NCBI GenBank assembly: GCA_964635605.1
Contig: CAZWPU010000001.1
Span: 1 to 44,207 of the forward strand
Length of the DNA stretch: 44,207 bases
DNA from: an uncultured Bacteroidales bacterium
Lineage (GTDB): Bacteria > Bacteroidota > Bacteroidia > Bacteroidales > UBA12077
Direction: 5' to 3'
Shown here: piece after piece, positions 38,016 to 44,207 of the stretch
How positions within the stretch are numbered: the first letter of the stretch is position 1
Layout: each line of letters begins with the position of its first letter
Made by a program: the position numbers and the translations under genes
The notes under the pieces: generated by a model
What the model was told of the DNA's origin: nothing
The model's input: the letters and a program-made list of their open reading frames with translations, nothing else
Database searches by the model: none

Positions 38016-40241
38016 TTACTTTTCTTCAGTAAGCAGTTCTTTAAGTGCATTATCATACAATTTTTTTATATCGTAAACAAAACCGTAAGAGTTATCATCA
38101 ATTCTAAATTCTGATTTAGTAACATGCCCTAAAGCTGAAAATGGAATTTTTTGTTCAATCATAAAATCGATAAAATGATCTTCGTTGGTTGGAGAAACAG
38201 AAACCACCACCCGGCTTTGCGATTCGCCAAACAAAAAGGCGTCTTTTCTTACTTCAGCATCAGCGGTAACATCAAAACCAAACCCTTTAACCATAGCACT
38301 TTCTACCAGTGTAGTGAAAAGGCCACCGTCAGAAACATCGTGCGCCGAGAGAATAAAATTTTTCTTAATCAGTTTTTGAACAGTTTCCTGCACCTGGTGT
38401 TCTTTTTCCAGGTTAAAATGAGGAGCAGGTGATTTTTCGATCTTATGATAAGCATAAAGATATTCAGAAGAATTAATATCATCCTTTGATTTTCCAATCA
38501 AGTAAATCATATCTCCTTTATTCTTAAAAGCAATACTCATCTGATCGTTTTTATCTTCAATCAAACCAATCATTCCTATCGTTGGTGTTGGGAATACAGG
38601 AACAATTTTTCCTTTAACCTGCATTTGATTATAAAAGCTAACATTTCCGCCGGTAACCGGAGTGTTAAATTTTTTACAGGCATGAGTCATCCCTTTAATA
38701 GCATGCACAAATTGCCAATAAACCTCAGGATTATATGGATTTCCAAAATTTAAGCAGTTGGTAACAGCTAAAGGAATACCACCTGAACAAACAATATTTC
38801 GGGCTGCTTCAGCTACTGCTATAGCGGTTCCTTTTTCAGGATCAGCATTTACATAACGTGAATTACAATCAACAGTCATGGCTAACGCTCTGTTGGTTCC
38901 TTTAATATTATAAATACCTGCATCGGCAGGGAAATTAGTACTCATATTTCCTGTACCAACCATCGTATCGTATTGTTCAATAACCCAACGTTTAGAAGCT
39001 ATATTGGGATTTTTTATCATTTCCAATGCGACCTCTTTGTAATTTTGTGGTTCAGGAACATCTTCAATTTTAAATTTCTTATACTCCTTAAAATAAGCAG
39101 GTTCTTTATATTCACGTTCATACACCGGAGCACTACCCCCAAGGACCAATGAAGATGCAGGAACATCGGCAACTAATTCATCATGCATATAAAAGTAAAG
39201 TCGGTCTTCTGCAATTACTTCCCCAATAATGGCACAATTTAAATCCCACTTTTTAAAGATTTGTTCCACCTCCACTTCCTTCCCTTTTTCAACAACAACC
39301 AGCATTCGTTCTTGCGATTCGGATAATAATATTTCAAACGGATGCATATCTTGCTGACGCAAAGGTACTTTATCCAGGTCAATCTTCATTCCATGCCCTC
39401 CTTTTTCAGACATTTCAGAGCTAGAACAAATAATTCCTGCCGCACCCATATCTTGCATTCCTACAACCGTTCCTGTTTTGTTTAATTCAAGGGTAGCTTC
39501 AAGCAATAATTTTTCCATAAAAGGGTCACCTACCTGAACGGATGGTAAATCGTCGGCAGAATTTTCGGTTAAATCTGCCGATGCAAAAGTAGCTCCATGA
39601 ATTCCATCTTTTCCGGTTGATGAACCCACAATATAAACAGGATTACCTACACCTTTTGCAATAGCAGAAATGGTATCGTCTTTTTTCATGATCCCAACCG
39701 ACATGGCATTTACCAATGGATTGGTATTATAACATTTATCAAAAAACACCTCTCCTCCCAAAACCGGGATTCCAAAAGCATTTCCGTAATCTCCAATACC
39801 TTTTACAACACCTTTTAAATGCCATTTGGTACGATCTAATTGAATATCACCAAAACGTAGTGAGTTTAATTGGGCAACAGGCCTAGCTCCCATGGTAAAA
39901 ATATCACGATTAATCCCCCCTACACCAGTAGCGGCACCCTGATATGGTTCAACAGCTGACGGATGATTATGCGATTCAATCTTAAAAGCACAAGCTAATC
40001 CATCCCCTATATCTACTAAACCAGCATTTTCCTGACCAGCCTCTGCAAGTAATTGCTTCCCTGTTCTCGGCAATGTCTTTAACCATTTAATTGAATTTTT
40101 ATAGGATGCATGCTCTGACCACATTACCGAAAAAATACTTAATTCGGTAAAATTAGGAGTGCGTCCCATAATTTTTTTAATCTTTTCAAACTCTTCAGGT
40201 AATAATCCTAATTGCTCGGCGGTTTGTACTGTAACTTCCAT
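38016..40241 (-). CDS. purL: Phosphoribosylformylglycinamidine synthase subunit PurL (FGAM synthase II)
   Basis: SVMWSEHASYKNS, ESHNHPSAVEPYQGAATGVGGINRD; 741 aa. Confidence 0.95.
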   Translation of the reverse strand: MEVTVQTAEQLGLLPEEFEKIKKIMGRTPNFTELSIFSVMWSEHASYKNSIKWLKTLPRTGKQLLAEAGQENAGLVDIGDGLACAFKIESHNHPSAVEPYQGAATGVGGINRDIFTMGARPVAQLNSLRFGDIQLDRTKWHLKGVVKGIGDYGNAFGIPVLGGEVFFDKCYNTNPLVNAMSVGIMKKDDTISAIAKGVGNPVYIVGSSTGKDGIHGATFASADLTENSADDLPSVQVGDPFMEKLLLEATLELNKTGTVVGMQDMGAAGIICSSSEMSEKGGHGMKIDLDKVPLRQQDMHPFEILLSESQERMLVVVEKGKEVEVEQIFKKWDLNCAIIGEVIAEDRLYFYMHDELVADVPASSLVLGGSAPVYEREYKEPAYFKEYKKFKIEDVPEPQNYKEVALEMIKNPNIASKRWVIEQYDTMVGTGNMSTNFPADAGIYNIKGTNRALAMTVDCNSRYVNADPEKGTAIAVAEAARNIVCSGGIPLAVTNCLNFGNPYNPEVYWQFVHAIKGMTHACKKFNTPVTGGNVSFYNQMQVKGKIVPVFPTPTIGMIGLIEDKNDQMSIAFKNKGDMIYLIGKSKDDINSSEYLYAYHKIEKSPAPHFNLEKEHQVQETVQKLIKKNFILSAHDVSDGGLFTTLVESAMVKGFGFDVTADAEVRKDAFLFGESQSRVVVSVSPTNEDHFIDFMIEQKIPFSALGHVTKSEFRIDDNSYGFVYDIKKLYDNALKELLTEEK

Positions 40242-40437
40242 TGTAGAAATCTTTTTATAAATGAATAATAAATGGTTAAAGGCTCAACAAATATAATTAG
40301 ACTTTACAATAAAACTTCAAAATTCAAATAACAAATTCGAAAATATTTTGAATATAATGTACTTTTTTTCTGACATATAGAAGGTTAATAAAAAATTAAC
40401 GCGAGAAGATATATTTATTACAGTACAGATATCAAAA

Positions 40438-40467
40438 AAACCTTTAGAAATTTAACTCCAAAGGTTT
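40438..40467 (-). terminator. Hairpin terminator downstream of def
   Basis: aaaccttt (40438..40445) / aaaggttt (40460..40467), flanked by an A-run on plus, which reads as a U-run after the hairpin on the minus strand. Confidence 0.5.
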
Positions 40468-40492
40468 TAAAAAAATTTTATAAAGTAATACC

Positions 40493-41047
40493 TTATCGTG
40501 CAAGTTTGTACTTATAATCAACACTAAATTTACCTTTCGATATGGCTTGTAGTTTATGCTTTAATAAACGTTTTTTAATTGGCGCAACTTTATCGGTAAA
40601 TAAAATTCCTTCTAAATGATCGTATTCGTGCTGAATAATACGAGCTGCCACTCCATCAAACCATTCATCATGAAAATTAAAATCTTCATCGTAATATTCA
40701 ATTCTTATTTTTACAGGCCTCAATACTTCTTCTCTGATAAGCGGAATGCTTAAACATCCTTCTGAATAAAGAATATTTTCCTCTACTCTTTCTTTAATTT
40801 GTGGATTTATAAATACTTTCTTAAAATCTTTAAGTTTGGGGTCATCCTCTTCCATGGGAGTTCCATCAACCACAAATAAACGAATAGATTTTCCAACCTG
40901 AGGAGAAGCTAAACCTACGCCGTCTGAATAGTACATTGTTTCCCACATATCTGCAATAAATTCCTTCAGATTAGGGTAGTCCTTATCAATATCTTTAGCA
41001 ACCTTGCGTAAAACCGGCGAGCCATATATAACTATTGGATAAATCAT
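40493..41047 (-). CDS. def: Peptide deformylase
   Basis: GVGLASPQVG, EGCLSIP and HEYDHLEG motifs. Confidence 0.95.
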   Translation of the reverse strand: MIYPIVIYGSPVLRKVAKDIDKDYPNLKEFIADMWETMYYSDGVGLASPQVGKSIRLFVVDGTPMEEDDPKLKDFKKVFINPQIKERVEENILYSEGCLSIPLIREEVLRPVKIRIEYYDEDFNFHDEWFDGVAARIIQHEYDHLEGILFTDKVAPIKKRLLKHKLQAISKGKFSVDYKYKLAR

Positions 41048-41051
41048 TGAT

Positions 41052-41471
41052 TTAAAATTTTGATTTTTGTTCTAAATATGATTGTAAAATGATGGTTGCA
41101 CTAATGGTGTCAACCAACGCTTTATTTTGTCTTGCTTTTTTTCTTAATCCTGCATCAATCATAGTTTGATGTGCTATTTTTGATGTAAATCGTTCATCAA
41201 CTAACTGAATATCCATTTCGGGATATAACTTTTGTAACCGCTTTACAAAAGGATTAATGTATCGAACAGCTTCTGATGCCTGATTGTTCATTTGTTTAGG
41301 ATAACCTACTACAATACAATCGACCGTTTCTTTATTAAGATAATCCGATAAGAAATTCCAAATATCTTTAGCGTGGACTGTAGTTAATGAATTAGCGATC
41401 ATTTGTAATGGATCTGTAACAGCTAAACCAACTCTTTTCCTTCCATAATCAATGGCTAAAATTCTTCCCAA
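41052..41471 (-). CDS. ruvX: Putative pre-16S rRNA nuclease / Holliday junction resolvase-like YqgF (RuvX)
   Basis: ILAIDYGRKRVGLAVTD ... VDERFTS. TTG is the only plausible start (a stop lies 5 codons upstream). Confidence 0.85.
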   Translation of the reverse strand: MGRILAIDYGRKRVGLAVTDPLQMIANSLTTVHAKDIWNFLSDYLNKETVDCIVVGYPKQMNNQASEAVRYINPFVKRLQKLYPEMDIQLVDERFTSKIAHQTMIDAGLRKKARQNKALVDTISATIILQSYLEQKSKF

Positions 41472-41773
41472 AACTGTTCTTTTTTAACACGGCAAAGTTA
41501 AAAATTTTATATTAATTTAATTCGAATAAAAATAAAAATAAGCAAATTAATCTCTTTCAATTGTATAACATATTTTATAACTTGTTCAGTTATCTATTAG
41601 AACGCTGTATCAGGAGTAAAAAAAATAAAATTAATTCGATGGTTATCAACCCATAGGGATAATTTTTAATTCAATATTTTTTAAAACATACGTTTAAAAG
41701 ATTTTTTTTTGTTGTTTTGTCATCTGAAGGATGATAATTATTCATAAAATTATTGACTAAAAGGAACTTATAT

Positions 41774-43513
41774 ATGAGTAAAGAGATAAAATTTAGTTTA
41801 ATTTATCGTGATATGTGGCAATCCTCAGGGAAGTATGTGCCCAGAGTAGATCAACTTAAAAAGATAGCCCCTGTAATTATTGATATGGGCTGTTTTTCAC
41901 GTATTGAAACCAATGGTGGTGCTTTTGAGCAAGTAAATCTTTTATATGGTGAAAATTCGAACAAAGCGGTAAGAGAATGGACCAAACCATTTAACGAAGC
42001 GGGAATTCAAACGCACATGCTTGAAAGAGCACTAAACGGGATACGTATGTATCCAGTACCTAAAGATGTTCGTCGGTTGATGTTTAAAGTAAAAAAAGCA
42101 CAAGGGGTTGATATTGCACGCTCATTTTGCGGATTAAACGACCATAGAAATCTTGAACTTTCGATAAAATATGCTAAAGAAGCCGGAATGATTTCTCAGG
42201 CAACCTTAAGCATTACCCATTCTGAAATACATACGGTTGATTATTACATGGGTGTTGTAGATAAAGCAGTAGAATATGGTACTGACGAGATTTGTTTAAA
42301 AGATATGGCTGGTGTTGGAAGGCCGGTAACCCTTGGCAATCTTGTAAAAGAAATCAAAAAGAAATATCCTGATTTAATTGTTCAATATCATGGACACTCT
42401 GGACCTGGGTTTTCTGTAGCTTCTATGTTAGAGGTGGCTAAAGCAGGAGTTGATTATGTTGATGTTGCCATGGAGCCACTTTCTTGGGGCATGGTACATC
42501 CTGATGTTATAACAATTCAGGCAATGCTTAAAGATGCAGGTTTTAAAGTCCCTGAAATTAATATGAAGGCTTACATGAAAGCACGGGCTTTAAGTCAAGA
42601 GTTTATTGATGATTTTCTGGGTTTTTTTATCAATCCTAAAAACCGTTATATGTCATCATTATTAGTACATGCCGGTTTACCCGGTGGTATGATGGGTAGT
42701 ATGATGGCCGATTTAAAAGGAGTGCACCAGGGATTAAATCAAACACTGGAGGCTCAGGGAAAAGAAAAACTTTCGGAAGATGATTTATTAGTTAAACTAT
42801 TTGATGAAGTGATTGATATCTGGCCAAAACTGGGAAATCCTCCACTGGTAACTCCTTTCAGCCAATATGTAAAAAACATTGCTTTATTAAATGTAATGCT
42901 GGAAATACAAGGGAAAGCAAAATTCTCAATCATTGATAACAATGCCTGGGATATGATATTAGGCAAATCCGGCAAATTACCCGGTAAGCTTGCTCCTGAA
43001 ATTATTAAAATAGCCGAAGAATCAGGGAAAGAATTTTATCATGGTGTACCACAAGATAATTATCCCGATGAGTTAGAAAAATATCGAAAAGAGATGAAAG
43101 AAAATAACTGGGATACAGGGGAGGATGATGAAGAACTATTCGAATTTGCCATGCATGAAAGGCAGTACAGAGATTATAAATCAGGCGTGGCCAAAAAACG
43201 ATTTAACGAAGAGTTGCAAAAATTACGTTCAGAGGCCAAATCCCCAAAAACAGGAGGAGTAAAACCTGAGCCGGGTAAAAAAGATATTACCTCACCCTAT
43301 ATGGGTAGGATATTTTATAATTTGAATTATTTTATTGAAGAACAAGCCATTGAGCTGGGCAATCAGGTAAAAAAAGGTCAGCGAATTTGTTACATTGAGA
43401 ATAACTATACCTACGATGAAATTATTTCGGAATACGATGGAGAAGTAGATGAGATATTTTTTGAACACGGGGATATGGTTTCGAAAGGAGATGTACTTGT
43501 TCGATTAAAATAA
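41774..43513 (+). CDS. Carboxyltransferase-family protein (OadA / PycB / transcarboxylase 5S-like) with a lysine-less biotinyl-type C-terminal domain
   Basis: RDMWQS (family RDAHQS), LKDMAGVG, YHGHSGPG. A Pro/Lys linker is followed by SPYMGRI...GQRICYIENNYTYDEI...GDVLVRLK. The ATG at 41774 (MSKEIKF) is preferred over the track TTG at 41753. Confidence 0.75.
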   Translation: MSKEIKFSLIYRDMWQSSGKYVPRVDQLKKIAPVIIDMGCFSRIETNGGAFEQVNLLYGENSNKAVREWTKPFNEAGIQTHMLERALNGIRMYPVPKDVRRLMFKVKKAQGVDIARSFCGLNDHRNLELSIKYAKEAGMISQATLSITHSEIHTVDYYMGVVDKAVEYGTDEICLKDMAGVGRPVTLGNLVKEIKKKYPDLIVQYHGHSGPGFSVASMLEVAKAGVDYVDVAMEPLSWGMVHPDVITIQAMLKDAGFKVPEINMKAYMKARALSQEFIDDFLGFFINPKNRYMSSLLVHAGLPGGMMGSMMADLKGVHQGLNQTLEAQGKEKLSEDDLLVKLFDEVIDIWPKLGNPPLVTPFSQYVKNIALLNVMLEIQGKAKFSIIDNNAWDMILGKSGKLPGKLAPEIIKIAEESGKEFYHGVPQDNYPDELEKYRKEMKENNWDTGEDDEELFEFAMHERQYRDYKSGVAKKRFNEELQKLRSEAKSPKTGGVKPEPGKKDITSPYMGRIFYNLNYFIEEQAIELGNQVKKGQRICYIENNYTYDEIISEYDGEVDEIFFEHGDMVSKGDVLVRLK

Positions 43514-43516
43514 AAA

Positions 43517-43544
43517 AATCACCTGCAAATATTTGCAGGTGATT
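43517..43544. terminator. Perfect 28-nt palindrome between convergent genes (bidirectional terminator candidate)
   Basis: aatcacctgcaaat/atttgcaggtgatt. An A-run lies immediately upstream on plus, which is a U-run after the hairpin for the minus-strand gene. Confidence 0.6.
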
Positions 43545-43568
43545 ATGCATAAAATTTTTTAATTAGTC

Positions 43569-44207
43569 TTATAACTTAGGATAGCTTTTTAATAAGTTTT
43601 CGGAGCTATTTAAAAGAATATCAACATACTGAGCTCTAAAGTATACAAAGGGATCTTTTGTATTTTTTCGTGCAAGCTTTCCTCTAAAATCATCTATTGA
43701 ACTATAACCTTTTTGCTCCATCCATTTTTTAATTTCATTAAGCATTTTTGTCGCGTGCTCTATTTTATTTTTATACAATGTACTAACTACCTGAACGGTA
43801 TCAGCTCCTGCCAGCAAAAGTTTAATCACATCCTCCCCTTCAAAAATACCTGAAGAGGCAGTAATATCTGCATTAATATTGCCATGAAGTAAACCGGCAT
43901 AACGCAAAGACAAACGATAATCACCTTTATTACTCAGGTTAAAGGGGAAAATATGTTTCTCCTGTTCAATATCAATTTCCGGTTCAAACAGTCTGTTATA
44001 TATTATAATACCATCTACTTTTAAATGATCCAACTTCTGGATAAAATTTAGCGGGTTGGAATAAAACGGACTAATCTTCACACTTACTGGAATTTTCACT
44101 GCTTTTTTTATCGATTTTACTACCTCTAACTGTTTCTCTTCTGTCTCCTTGTTTGTAATTTCAAACTTTTTGGGTACATGATAAAGATTAATTTCAAGGG
44201 CATCCAC
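43569..44207 (-). CDS. Dihydroorotate dehydrogenase-like (DHOD/DPD family TIM-barrel flavoprotein), C-terminal 212 codons; N-terminus beyond right edge
   Basis: PVSVKISPFYSNPL ... ITASSGIFEGEDVIKLLLAGADTVQVVS resembles the FMN-binding C-terminal half of class 1 DHOD/PreA-like proteins. Confidence 0.65.
   Translation of the reverse strand: MDALEINLYHVPKKFEITNKETEEKQLEVVKSIKKAVKIPVSVKISPFYSNPLNFIQKLDHLKVDGIIIYNRLFEPEIDIEQEKHIFPFNLSNKGDYRLSLRYAGLLHGNINADITASSGIFEGEDVIKLLLAGADTVQVVSTLYKNKIEHATKMLNEIKKWMEQKGYSSIDDFRGKLARKNTKDPFVYFRAQYVDILLNSSENLLKSYPKL

Noticed and set aside
40242-40437. Possible purine/ZTP-type riboswitch in the roughly 195-nt region upstream of purL, and a Mn2+ (yybP-ykoY) riboswitch upstream of the Nramp-like gene (11436..11773)
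   Set aside because: Both regions are extremely AT-rich. They lack the conserved GC-rich cores of those riboswitch classes as far as I can judge by eye, and I found no convincing multi-stem structure. A covariance-model scan would be needed to be certain.

Overview
This is an AT-rich, gene-dense window with about 40 CDS and 5 tRNAs, nearly all on the minus strand. It reads as a core chromosomal region of a Bacteroidota genome. All identifications are by eye from motifs and remembered family sequences; no searches were run.

Gene content from left to right:
- A partial MBL-fold hydrolase.
- An operon-like run: DUF2520, kdsC, UbiA-family prenyltransferase, maf, S46 dipeptidyl-peptidase.
- An etfB, etfA, membrane Fe-S protein, CCG protein, acyl-CoA dehydrogenase cluster.
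- A divergent Nramp-like transporter and cardiolipin synthase on the plus strand.
- The classical translation/transcription block: rpsU, xer-like recombinase, hpf, tRNA-Thr/Tyr/Gly/Thr, tuf, tRNA-Trp, secE, nusG, rplK, rplA, rplJ, rplL, rpoB, rpoC, DUF3467.
- A ComEA-like HhH protein, an SNF-family Na+ symporter, class I aldolase, a TamL-like Omp85 lipoprotein, a TrmH-family methyltransferase and a small OM beta-barrel protein.
- ubiE/menG, purL, def, ruvX, a carboxyltransferase-family protein and a partial DHOD-like protein.

I see no CRISPR array, transposase/IS, phage genes, toxin-antitoxin pair or recognisable defence module. I do not find a convincing novel multi-gene accessory system here.

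The observations most worth a second look:
1. The ETF-linked membrane Fe-S/CCG module, a candidate ETF:menaquinone oxidoreductase split over two proteins. Its first CCG repeat has Cys replaced by Ser.
2. A carboxyltransferase whose C-terminal biotinyl-type domain lacks the biotinylated lysine.
3. An Nramp-fold transporter lacking the DPGN metal-binding motif.
4. A 13-bp perfect hairpin plus U-tract in the rpoB-rpoC spacer.
5. A roughly 130-bp composite palindromic element downstream of the acyl-CoA dehydrogenase gene.
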